Positions 1 through 8,377 of a DNA stretch of 32,000 bases are shown piece by piece. Within the stretch, counting starts at the first letter, position 1. The number at the start of each line of letters is the position of its first letter. The position numbers and the translations under genes are program-made. This stretch comes from Erysipelothrix larvae (GTDB taxonomy: Bacteria > Bacillota_I > Bacilli_A > Erysipelotrichales > Erysipelotrichaceae): contig NZ_CP013213.1 of assembly GCF_001545095.1 (NCBI RefSeq), forward strand, positions 180,001-212,000. Direction: 5' to 3'. The notes beneath the pieces were generated by a model that had not been told where the DNA came from, searched no databases, and saw only the letters and a program-made list of their open reading frames with translations.

Positions 1-1
1 A

Positions 2-103
2 GCAATTGGAATCCTGAGATATCAAGGTGGTGGCATAATAGGCCAAAATGAAATCGTCCTGGGATTGTTGCGTTTTGGTGCGTTAGTGAGTCTCATCGTA
101 TAG
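2..103 (+). CDS. 3' end of an ORF truncated by the window edge; hydrophobic C-terminus, product unknown
   Basis: Frame 2 is open from the window start and reads AIGILRYQGGGIIGQNEIVLGLLRFGALVSLIV, ending at TAG 101-103. No start is visible. Membrane-like composition resembles the next gene. Confidence 0.25.
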   Translation, partial: AIGILRYQGGGIIGQNEIVLGLLRFGALVSLIV

Positions 104-166
104 TTCTATCAACATGGAAGTATTAGAAATCGTCGATTTAGAATAAATAAAACAACCCAAATTGTT

Positions 167-643
167 ATGTTTTTCTTTTTGTTTGTAGAGACAACTATGG
201 TGAATAAAACAGTCTATTTGATTGCAAGTGTTGTTTTGGGAATGAGCATTGTGTTGTTTGACACCTTGTTTTTACGCTTCAACAAAGAAGCACTTGAAAT
301 TAATGTTAATGAACTCAATATATCTACGATATACGCACAATTTGCCTTATCAATGCCACTCTTGCTAATCAGTACTACAAATCGAGTACCATGGGGTACG
401 GATCTTTCAGTTGCATTACTTATGATTGTTTATCTTTATATTTTCCGATCAAAATGGTGGATTTTATCCAAGGTGCAAAAACTCAAAAATCCTGCATTGA
501 CCATGGGGGTAATAGGATGTGTCGGCGTGGTTCAGGGGATGATGTATGTATTTAATATAAGGGGTATTTTCCCAATTATTAACATAGGAATTATTTACCT
601 AATCATTGATAATATAGAACGAAAGAATGTCGCTGTATCTTAA
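167..643 (+). CDS. hypothetical integral membrane protein (158 aa; start could be ATG 167 or ATG 197)
   Basis: Long ORF with several hydrophobic helices (VYLIASVVLGMSIVLF, SMPLLLIST, LLMIVYLYIF, GVIGCVGVVQGMMYVF, FPIINIGIIYLII). No clear SD at either candidate start. Followed by a bidirectional hairpin terminator. Confidence 0.5.
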   Translation: MFFFLFVETTMVNKTVYLIASVVLGMSIVLFDTLFLRFNKEALEINVNELNISTIYAQFALSMPLLLISTTNRVPWGTDLSVALLMIVYLYIFRSKWWILSKVQKLKNPALTMGVIGCVGVVQGMMYVFNIRGIFPIINIGIIYLIIDNIERKNVAVS

Positions 644-691
644 ATAAGGGTTAGTGGGTAAACACTTAAGATATACGAATAATATCAAAAC

Positions 692-724
692 AAAAAAGAG
701 AAAACTGTAGATTTTCTCTTTTTT
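692..724. terminator. bidirectional rho-independent terminator between convergent genes
   Basis: Arms aaaagagaaaa / ttttctctttt around a ~7-nt loop, with an A-tract on one side and a T-tract on the other. It sits between the 167-643 (+) ORF and gldA (-). Confidence 0.55.
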
Positions 725-732
725 ACATCGTG

Positions 733-1830
733 CTATGAATGATGGGTTCTTACATACTTATCGAGTGCAAATAATGCATCCGTAACATCATTTGCTGTGT
801 AATTATGTCCCATTTGATGAATGGTTTCATTCTCTTTCGTGGCATGTTGTCCAACCTTAAGGAGTGTGTCATAGGACGCATGCTCAAGCTTCAAGTCTTT
901 GAGTGTTGTTGGAAGATTGAGGGCTTGATAAAAGGTGATATAACGATCAAGGTCTTCCATTGGTCTTTTTTCAAGTACGAGTTGTGTCAAGGTTGTGTAG
1001 GCTACGATTTCACCGTGTGTTAGGGTTTGAATGTCACCTTGAAGTGTGCTGAATCCATTATGTATCGCATGAGCAGCAGCTAATCCACAGCTTTCAAAGC
1101 CCAGTCCACTAAGGAGTGTGTTGGCTTCCACGACGTCTTCAAAGGCTTGCGTGACGGTGTTGTTTATGCAAGCTTCCATCGCTTCAAGTCCGTATTTAAA
1201 GAGAACAGCTTCGCATTGTTTCGCAATCGCTTGAGCTGCAAGGGTTGGACTTGCACCGACCAATGTTGTGCCGTTAGCTTTGATAACGGATTGTGCTTCG
1301 ACCCAGGTTGACATTGCATCTGCAATACCTGATGCGAAAAGCCTTGGGGGTGCTTTGCAGATAATCCCAGTATCCACTAAGACGAGATCAGGGCTCTTTG
1401 CGTAATGCTGATAATGGTCGATGGTACCGTCTTTGGAGTAGATTACCGATATCGCTGAGGTTGGAGCATCGGTTGCAGCAGTGGTTGGTAAAATCGCAAT
1501 AGGAACATGCATTTGATTGCTGATTGCTTTTGAAACATCCAGGGTTTTACCACCACCCAGTCCAATCACACAATCGATGGATGCTTTGTGTGCGTTATCG
1601 CAAAGTGACTGGATTGCTTGCTGTGAAGATTCACCCTTGAAATGCGCCACAATGATTTGCATTCCCAATGCTTGAAGGTCTGTTTCGAGTGTTTGACCGA
1701 CAAGATTATAGACAAAATCGTCGCAGACTAAGAGTGCGTTGTTTCCAAGCTCTTGAATGGCATTAAGGTGTGTTGATAATACATTATTACCTTGAATGTA
1801 TCGTGATGGGCTTATAAATATACGAGACAT
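733..1830 (-). CDS. gldA: glycerol dehydrogenase (iron-containing alcohol dehydrogenase family)
   Basis: The 365-aa ORF is collinear with E. coli GldA as I recall it. Shared blocks: SP..YIQG at the N-terminus, GLGGGKTLD, TTAATDAPTSAISVIY, EANTLLSGLGFESCGLAAAHAIHNG, HGEIVAYTTLTQLVLE. SD-like gaaagga lies upstream of the ATG. Confidence 0.9.
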   Translation of the reverse strand: MSRIFISPSRYIQGNNVLSTHLNAIQELGNNALLVCDDFVYNLVGQTLETDLQALGMQIIVAHFKGESSQQAIQSLCDNAHKASIDCVIGLGGGKTLDVSKAISNQMHVPIAILPTTAATDAPTSAISVIYSKDGTIDHYQHYAKSPDLVLVDTGIICKAPPRLFASGIADAMSTWVEAQSVIKANGTTLVGASPTLAAQAIAKQCEAVLFKYGLEAMEACINNTVTQAFEDVVEANTLLSGLGFESCGLAAAHAIHNGFSTLQGDIQTLTHGEIVAYTTLTQLVLEKRPMEDLDRYITFYQALNLPTTLKDLKLEHASYDTLLKVGQHATKENETIHQMGHNYTANDVTDALFALDKYVRTHHS

Positions 1831-1949
1831 GGTGGTCCTTTCACCTGATTAACAGGTCTACAAAAAGATGATAAATAAGTATCCGCAACTCACAAAAAGT
1901 ACGTGTGTTGATGGGAGTAATAGTTCGATGGTGTTATCAATCAATTCGC

Positions 1950-2963
1950 TTAGTGGAACATACTTTGCGCGAAATCAAGAGCTCCAAGAAGCATCTCATT
2001 GTTGAGTTGATAATAAATACGATTGCTTGAATCTTGGGTTGTGATCGAAATAAGTTGTTCGTTGATGAGTTCTTGCATGTGGTACGAGATTGTTGCTGGG
2101 GTAAGCCCAGTCTCATTTGCAAGCTCTTTGCCGTACATTTTTTTATGGTGTAAGAGTTGGAGAATCGATGATTTGGTTGGATCTCCCAGTAATTTAAGGA
2201 TTCGAGTTACACTTTCAAACGTGAGGGTGTTTCGTTTTAATACGGATGTATTCAGTAAGACACCGATAAAGATTTCTGAATCGATAAAGACACCTTGATT
2301 ACAGCCAAGGATGCTTGGACTCAGTGTAATGTTTTCAGAATCATTGATTGTAATTTTATACATGTCTTTGAAGTGGTTTTTGAGGCCGGTTGATTGGTCA
2401 ATTGTCTGCCACTCATGGTTGAAGTCGTTAAGGTAAGAATCAAAGTGTGTGAGATAAGGGGTGATAAAGTCGATGACTGTGTCCATGATTGATTCATACT
2501 GTGGATACAGTGTTTCAGAATTCTCATAGAAATTCATTAAATGCCATTTATCTCCGATTTCAAGATTAAGTCCTTGAATGATGTGAAAAGCAGACGCATC
2601 CTTATCGCAAGGTTCATCACTGGCGAGATCGTGGAGGTTCGTAATATATTTATACATGTCTTCCCGGATTGAATGTGATTGATTCGGGGTTTGTTCAGAT
2701 CGATGTTTGGAATAGAAATAATAATAAGGGAGTAAATTATTTATTTTTAGTACATCATTTAAATCTGTAAACAGCGAGCGAATCGTTTCTTTTTCATGAA
2801 ATAATGCATCGAATAGGGGCGTGGATTCGTCGTATATTGCATCAATGTTCGCTTTGAACTCTGCGTGTGTGGTGTGTGCGTAACGTTCACTGTTGTTAAG
2901 TTTTCTAAGAATGAAAGTGTAGGCTTCGAATGCTAAATTTGGTTTTGTATTAATTGTAATCAT
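1950..2963 (-). CDS. ArsR/SmtB-family transcriptional regulator with a ~240-aa uncharacterised N-terminal domain
   Basis: 337 aa. The C-terminal winged HTH reads RILKLLGDPTKSSILQLLHHKKMYGKELANETGLTPATISYHMQELINEQLISI. The N-terminal two thirds match no family I recognise. The start overlaps the stop of the upstream ABC gene by 4 nt (ATGA), implying co-transcription. Confidence 0.8.
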   Translation of the reverse strand: MITINTKPNLAFEAYTFILRKLNNSERYAHTTHAEFKANIDAIYDESTPLFDALFHEKETIRSLFTDLNDVLKINNLLPYYYFYSKHRSEQTPNQSHSIREDMYKYITNLHDLASDEPCDKDASAFHIIQGLNLEIGDKWHLMNFYENSETLYPQYESIMDTVIDFITPYLTHFDSYLNDFNHEWQTIDQSTGLKNHFKDMYKITINDSENITLSPSILGCNQGVFIDSEIFIGVLLNTSVLKRNTLTFESVTRILKLLGDPTKSSILQLLHHKKMYGKELANETGLTPATISYHMQELINEQLISITTQDSSNRIYYQLNNEMLLGALDFAQSMFH

Positions 2964-4738
2964 AGGTTACCTGTTTCTAATGCACCAAGCTTGCTTTGAA
3001 GGCGTGCATAGTTATAGTAGGTCCCTTTCTTTTTCAAGAGTTCTTGATGGGATCCTTCTTCAATAATTTTACCATGGTCTAAAACGATAATGCTATCGGC
3101 TTCTTTAATTGTGGACAAACGATGTGCTGCTATTAGCACAGTTTTTCGTGTTTTAAGACGGTTTAGGGCTTCTTGAATGAGTGTTTCTGACTCAGAATCT
3201 AAAGCAGATGTTGGTTCATCCATAATCAAAATCGGTGCGTCGCTCATAAAAGCACGTGCAATCGCAATGCGTTGTTTCTGACCGCCAGATATTTGATTTG
3301 CGTTTTCTCCAACCTTTGTATCGTAGCCTTGTGGTAAAGACTGGATAAATTCATGAATGTTTGCCTCTTTTGCTGCTTGTTCGACCATCGTTTGGGTGAT
3401 GGAATCAGGTGGAAGTTTTGATCCCAATGCGATGTTTTCATAGATTGTACGATTAAACAAAGGTGCTTCTTGTTGAATATAAATCATATGACTTCGACAC
3501 GAGTCCAGTGAGAAATCACTGAGTCTGTGATTGTTTAACTTGATGACACCTGAAGTAGGATTATAGAAACCTAAGAGTAGCTGGAAGAGTGATGATTTAC
3601 CACTTCCCGATTCCCCAACAAAAGCAATGGTTTGATTGGATGGGATTTCAAGCGATAGGTCATTGAAGAGGGATTGACCTTGTGTATAGCTAAAAGTCAC
3701 GTGATCAAAGGTAATCGATGGTGGGGTCATCTCATCCAGGTTAAGGATTGGATTGTGATTTCGGGTGTCTTCTTGTTGAGTGTCAATGACTTCCAAAATA
3801 CGATGTGCGGAAACTGAGATTTCCACAAAGTAGTTCCAGCTTGCGCTTAAGTTACCAAAAGCATAGGAAACGTGAGGTTGAAGTCGAATTAAGACTAAGA
3901 TACTTGCGAAGTCGAAGTTGTGATTGAGTGATAAATAGGCACAGATTATGAGATACGTAATTTGTGTTGCAATTGAAAGCGTGCTGTTTAATGATTCAGC
4001 AGAGATGCTATAGGTATCGGTTTTCACACTGGCATCTTTTAATCTTGTGTTTTCTTCGTGGTAAATTTTTAGAAAGTGTTCTTGAGCATTTGAGAGACGA
4101 ATGGTTTCTTCATTCGATAAGATTTCAGAGATGATTCGTGTTGATGAGCTGGTAAATGCGCGCATGTGTTGGGCTGCTTTTTGGATTGATGGTGCAAATC
4201 GTGAGGATGCAAGAAAGGTAATCAATCCAAATACAATGGATACAAATCCCAAGGGAATGTTAAGGGCAAAGATTGTGATAAGAGATGCGAGCCCAGATAC
4301 GAAGGGATTAATGACGCGGTAGTTGAGTCCTTGGAAGTAGAAGTCTTCGATGACTGCAGCATCACTGGTTAATCGGGCCATTAAATCGCCGGTATGTGTA
4401 TCTTTAATTTCCTTTTCATCATGCGATAGGGTATTTGATACAACAATTGTTTTCAAATTATTTTCAGCTCTTAAACCACCCGCTACTGTCATCGTTTGAC
4501 CACAGAGTAAAAGGGGGAGTGCAAGGATTGAAATGAGTCCTAACGTAATGAAGGGGTTCATATCAAAATGTTGAAGTGTTGCTTGTTGGACGGCAACACG
4601 AGAAAGCTCACCAATGATAAATGAGAAGAGATAATTTATGAAACCACCAATCATGCTTCCAAAAATTGAAAGAAGAAAAGCGTATGAACCAAGTTTGCTG
4701 ATGCGATAAAGTGTGTGGAAAATTTTCTTCTTATTCAT
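2960..4738 (-). CDS. ABC exporter, fused permease/ATPase half-transporter (592 aa)
   Basis: N-terminal multi-TM domain plus a C-terminal NBD. Motifs: Walker A GESGSGKSS, signature ISGGQKQRIAIAR, Walker B LIMDEPTSALD, H-loop AAHRLST. Overlaps the upstream ABC gene by 8 nt. Confidence 0.9.
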   Translation of the reverse strand: MNKKKIFHTLYRISKLGSYAFLLSIFGSMIGGFINYLFSFIIGELSRVAVQQATLQHFDMNPFITLGLISILALPLLLCGQTMTVAGGLRAENNLKTIVVSNTLSHDEKEIKDTHTGDLMARLTSDAAVIEDFYFQGLNYRVINPFVSGLASLITIFALNIPLGFVSIVFGLITFLASSRFAPSIQKAAQHMRAFTSSSTRIISEILSNEETIRLSNAQEHFLKIYHEENTRLKDASVKTDTYSISAESLNSTLSIATQITYLIICAYLSLNHNFDFASILVLIRLQPHVSYAFGNLSASWNYFVEISVSAHRILEVIDTQQEDTRNHNPILNLDEMTPPSITFDHVTFSYTQGQSLFNDLSLEIPSNQTIAFVGESGSGKSSLFQLLLGFYNPTSGVIKLNNHRLSDFSLDSCRSHMIYIQQEAPLFNRTIYENIALGSKLPPDSITQTMVEQAAKEANIHEFIQSLPQGYDTKVGENANQISGGQKQRIAIARAFMSDAPILIMDEPTSALDSESETLIQEALNRLKTRKTVLIAAHRLSTIKEADSIIVLDHGKIIEEGSHQELLKKKGTYYNYARLQSKLGALETGNL

Positions 4739-6458
4739 GAGTCAAGTCTCCTTGTTTTGTGTAGAGCTTCTTATAGAGTGCATTGTTTTTGATGAGTGAT
4801 GTGTGGGTACCCTCTTCGACAACTCGACCCTTGTCAAGCACAAGAATTCGATCCATATCTTTGATGGTAGAGAAGCGGTGTGCAATGATAAGTTGTGTTT
4901 TTGTTTTTTTGTTGGACATGATAAGTTGGTCTATAGCTTGTTCGGACTCAGCATCCAAGGCAGAGGTTACTTCATCATACAAAACAATTGGGGAATCTTT
5001 GAGAATGGATCGTGCGATGGAGATACGTTGTCGTTGTCCCCCAGACAATTTCGACCCTTTCTCACCAAGATTGCTCATTAATCCATCCGGAAGTGTCTGG
5101 ACAAAAGCCTCAAGATTCACTGCTTTCAATGCCTTCAATGCTTGTGCTTCATTTAGCGAAGGACAGGCAATTTGAAGGTTACTAAAGAGTGTATCCTCAA
5201 ATAAATATGTGTTTTGAGAAATGATTGATAAGGTGTTTCTGAGGTGTGTCTTGTCCCAATCGTTTATGTCAACACCGTAGACCCTAATGCATCCAGAACT
5301 GGGGGTATACAGCCCGCTCAAGAGTTTAAAGATGGTTGACTTTCCAGATCCGCTGGTTCCTACAAGGCCAATGTGTTCGCCTTCAAAAAGGGTGAATGAG
5401 AGCTTGTTGAGAATTGTGGTCTCAGGAGATGTAGGGTAACTAAAGGTTACGTTGTCAAATTGGATGATGGGTTGTGATTGTGTATTTGTGGGAAGTGCAG
5501 TGCCTGATGGTTCAGAAGGTGTATCCCAAATAGGGAAAATCCGCTGCGTTGAGGCAAGGAGTTGGGGTATGTTTTGGGTAGAGTTTGAGATATCGGACAA
5601 TAATCCATATGCAATTTGTGCCAGTAAAAATGTAGAAACAAGGGCGCTCACACTTAAAGTATTTGTGGAGGCTGCATAAACACCGACAATTGCAATTAGG
5701 AAGTACGGAAGGTTCATCATGACGAGTTGTGGTAGGTTCATAAGGTAAAGTTTGCTAATGCCTCGGATTCCTAATGATGCACTTTTATTTAATGCGTCTT
5801 TAAGCCAACCTAGGGTGGTGAATTTCAGTGTAAATGCTTTAATGGTGCTTCGATTTGAAAGGAGTTCTTGAATCAGGGCGTTGGTTTCTCCCATTGCATT
5901 TTTCCAAGGTACGATATTCCCGGTAGACTTGGCTACGATAAACCATCCCACCAAAAAGTATAGGGGAATTGTGATTGCGAATGCAGCCATTAAGCGCATA
6001 TCAAAATACGCCATGCCAATTAATGTTATCACCAAAAGGATTGTCGAACGAATAATGGTGATGGACATTTCAGAAGCCGTTGCAATTGAGCTTAAGTCCG
6101 AACTCAGCCTCCCAATAATATCACCTTTCTCTAATGACTGAGAATAGCTAAATTCAGATTTTAAAATGGACTGCGCTGTTTTGTCTTTGAATGCAACAAG
6201 AAGTGATTGTTTCATTGTGACTTTTTGCACGTTTGATATCCAGGTTATCAATGTTTCAAGAACTGAAGCAACAATGAGAACGAGGACACCGTTTCGCATA
6301 CTTTGAGAATCAAAGGCCAAAGTATGTTGTGTGATTGAGCCGATCGCACCAGTTGTGATAATGCTTAAAAGCCCAATATTTGTATAAAGTATGCACAAGT
6401 TGATGACTTTCTTGGTTTGATTACCAACTTTGATTAAACGATTGAGTGTTGATATCAT
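4731..6458 (-). CDS. ABC exporter, fused permease/ATPase half-transporter (575 aa); probable heterodimer partner of 2960-4738
   Basis: TM domain plus NBD. Motifs: Walker A GTSGSGKST, signature LSGGQRQRISIAR, Walker B VLYDEVTSALD, H-loop AHRFST. SD gaggag lies 6-8 nt upstream of ATG 6458. Confidence 0.9.
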   Translation of the reverse strand: MISTLNRLIKVGNQTKKVINLCILYTNIGLLSIITTGAIGSITQHTLAFDSQSMRNGVLVLIVASVLETLITWISNVQKVTMKQSLLVAFKDKTAQSILKSEFSYSQSLEKGDIIGRLSSDLSSIATASEMSITIIRSTILLVITLIGMAYFDMRLMAAFAITIPLYFLVGWFIVAKSTGNIVPWKNAMGETNALIQELLSNRSTIKAFTLKFTTLGWLKDALNKSASLGIRGISKLYLMNLPQLVMMNLPYFLIAIVGVYAASTNTLSVSALVSTFLLAQIAYGLLSDISNSTQNIPQLLASTQRIFPIWDTPSEPSGTALPTNTQSQPIIQFDNVTFSYPTSPETTILNKLSFTLFEGEHIGLVGTSGSGKSTIFKLLSGLYTPSSGCIRVYGVDINDWDKTHLRNTLSIISQNTYLFEDTLFSNLQIACPSLNEAQALKALKAVNLEAFVQTLPDGLMSNLGEKGSKLSGGQRQRISIARSILKDSPIVLYDEVTSALDAESEQAIDQLIMSNKKTKTQLIIAHRFSTIKDMDRILVLDKGRVVEEGTHTSLIKNNALYKKLYTKQGDLTHE

Positions 6459-6475
6459 GGCTGTCTCCTCTGTTG

Positions 6476-6491
6476 TTAGATGGATATCTAA
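6476..6491. promoter_or_regulatory. candidate operator 1: palindrome TTAGAT-GGAT-ATCTAA in the 5' UTR of the ABC operon
   Basis: Perfect 6+6 inverted repeat with a 4-nt spacer. It lies between the predicted -10 and the SD of the 4731-6458 gene. The half-sites are identical to those of the site at 6554-6569. Confidence 0.45.
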
Positions 6492-6506
6492 GTTGTTGTT
6501 AAATAC

Positions 6507-6535
6507 ATCTTAATCCGATGTTTGAGATAAGTCAA
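6507..6535 (-). promoter_or_regulatory. sigma-A-type promoter of the ABC-ABC-ArsR operon
   Basis: On the minus strand: TTGACT (6535-6530), an exact 17-nt spacer, then TAAGAT (6512-6507). It lies about 50 nt upstream of the start codon. Confidence 0.5.
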
Positions 6536-6553
6536 GCAATTTCTAACAACTAA

Positions 6554-6569
6554 TTAGATACTTATCTAA
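6554..6569. promoter_or_regulatory. candidate operator 2: palindrome TTAGAT-ACTT-ATCTAA upstream of the -35
   Basis: Second copy of the same 6-N4-6 palindrome, about 19 nt upstream of the -35 box. Its centre is 78 bp from operator 1. Confidence 0.45.
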
Positions 6570-6664
6570 CTATAGGGGAATGAGTCGCTTTGGTTCAATT
6601 TGAGAATGAATAAGTAACATTCAATTTTCAGTTGAATAAATGCTCGAATCAAAGTTATTAGAAT

Positions 6665-6690
6665 GTAAGCGTAAATTAAACAGGCGTATT
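6665..6690. repeat. IS66 terminal inverted repeat (tnpC-proximal end)
   Basis: GTAAGCGTAAATT... matches the reverse complement of 10541-10566. Confidence 0.75.
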
Positions 6691-6720
6691 GACACATAAA
6701 AAAAGTTCCGATTTCAATTT

Positions 6721-8277
6721 TCAGGAACGTTTCTTTGAAGTGTAAATTTCAAGTGGAAGATCTTTGCTGTGTGGGAGAAGTGATTCAATGATTTCAGCAC
6801 TCCAATCCCTTGGATCTATGGTGGACAAGGTATTAAAGATATAGTTTAGGTATGGTTCTATGCGGAGGCCGTTCTCTCTGGAACTTTGAACGACGGTGTA
6901 GATTGTTGCACTTGTCTTCGCTCCACTTGTTGTATTAGAAAATAACCAATTACTCCGGCCCACCGTAAAAGGACGGATCGAGTTTTCGCAAATGTTATTG
7001 TCAATTGCGAGGCGACCATTTAGAAGGACACGCTCAAAAGTCTCAAATTGATTGAGATTATAATTAATCGCCTCTCCCAAGTTACTTTTGGGAAGCGTTT
7101 TGCCTTTTGATTTCTAAAAGTTTGCTCTTGAAATCCTGGAGAAGCGGTTTTGTTTTCTCCATTCTAATTTCAAAACACGCTTCAGGTGTTTTGCCTATAA
7201 GCAACTTCTCAATTTTTATAAATCGCTTTGATGCATCGCAGAATGGATGCTGCATCCTTAGCAGTTGCACTGTTCTTATCCGCTTTCTTAAGAACGTATA
7301 CAATCTTGCGCCTTCCATGAGCGAGACATCCAATTTGGGTCACGTTTTGAAGCTTCTTATACACTTCATATCCATCTGAATGAATGTACCCTGAGTAATT
7401 ACCTAAGAATTGCTCAACGACCGCAAATTTTCTGCTTGGATTAGTGTCGTAGATGATGATGCTTGGGTCGTATTTATTGCTTCTATATACCCACATGAAG
7501 GATTTTTTATTTGTGCTACCATCCTGATGGTTCAGTACTTGGACGGTCGTTTCATCAGCATGTATTATGTCCCGTGATAAGAGATGATCTTTCATCATTC
7601 TAGCGATTGGAGCTAAATACTTATCACATGATGCAACGAGCCAATTTGACATTGTCATTCTTGATATTGATGCACCTAGATCATCGAACACTTTTTCCAT
7701 CCTATAGAGTGGAAGATGTTTTACATATTTATTATTGATGATGCTGGATACAATTTCAGGACTTGCGATACTTCCTTTTATAAATTGGTACCTATGATGT
7801 TTTGTTAGGATTTCAATCGTACCATCTACAAGTTCTTTTTCATAGTCTGGACAGATGTTTCGTTCAATCCATACCTTTGCAAAAACGATAACGAAGATGT
7901 TCTGTTTCTTTTTTGCTGATTTTTTCATAACCGTCTTCTAATAGCTCGTCCATTGCGTGAACTATTTCTACGATTTCAAGATTTGGGTTTGAAACAGAAA
8001 CTTTCTTCCGTCCTCGTTTCCCTTTGTCAACGAACTCTTCTTCAATTTCATTTTCTTCTTCGGATAGTATTTCTACCTCGTCAAAAAGCGAAAGCTGGTT
8101 TAATATCGCTTTCGTCTTTTCTGATTTGGACCCAAATTTATCATGCCTAAGAGCTCGAATCGCTTCTATGAGCAGATTATTATCATGGATTAAACCACCA
8201 ACTAAAGACACAATCTCATCATGTGTCATTGATTCAATCTCTGATTTTTCAAGGGTGTTTTTCTCAAGTTTTATCAT
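6721..8277 (-). pseudogene. tnpC: IS66-family transposase TnpC, disrupted by three frameshifts
   Basis: Four collinear ORF pieces: 8277-7864, 7928-7209, 7333-7082 and 7080-6721, in frames 0, 2, 1 and 0. Together they span about 519 codons. IS66 TnpC hallmarks present: PLYRMEKVF, HADETTVQVL, SFMWVY, SDGYEVY, CLAHGRRK, LPKSNLGEAINY, GRLAIDNNICENSIRPFTVGRSNWLF. Confidence 0.85.
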
Positions 8278-8377
8278 AGACTAATTATACTAAATTTATG
8301 GTTCTCAAAAGTGTATATAATTTATTTGTTCCAGTTAAATCCGTCTGTTTTTCACCTCTTGAAAAGCTTTTTTTTAT

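Noticed and set aside
805-6141. Short ORFs opposite or overlapping gldA, the ArsR gene and both ABC genes (805-1023, 2023-2298, 2321-2527, 3244-3441, 4101-4322, 4783-5175, 5447-5679, 5881-6141)
   Set aside because: They are embedded in well-supported genes on the other strand or in another frame, with no independent signals.
6721-8277. Programmed ribosomal frameshifting as an explanation for the split IS66 tnpC
   Set aside because: Three separate shifts would be required. IS66 TnpC is normally a single ORF, and no slippery-heptamer-plus-structure arrangement is evident.
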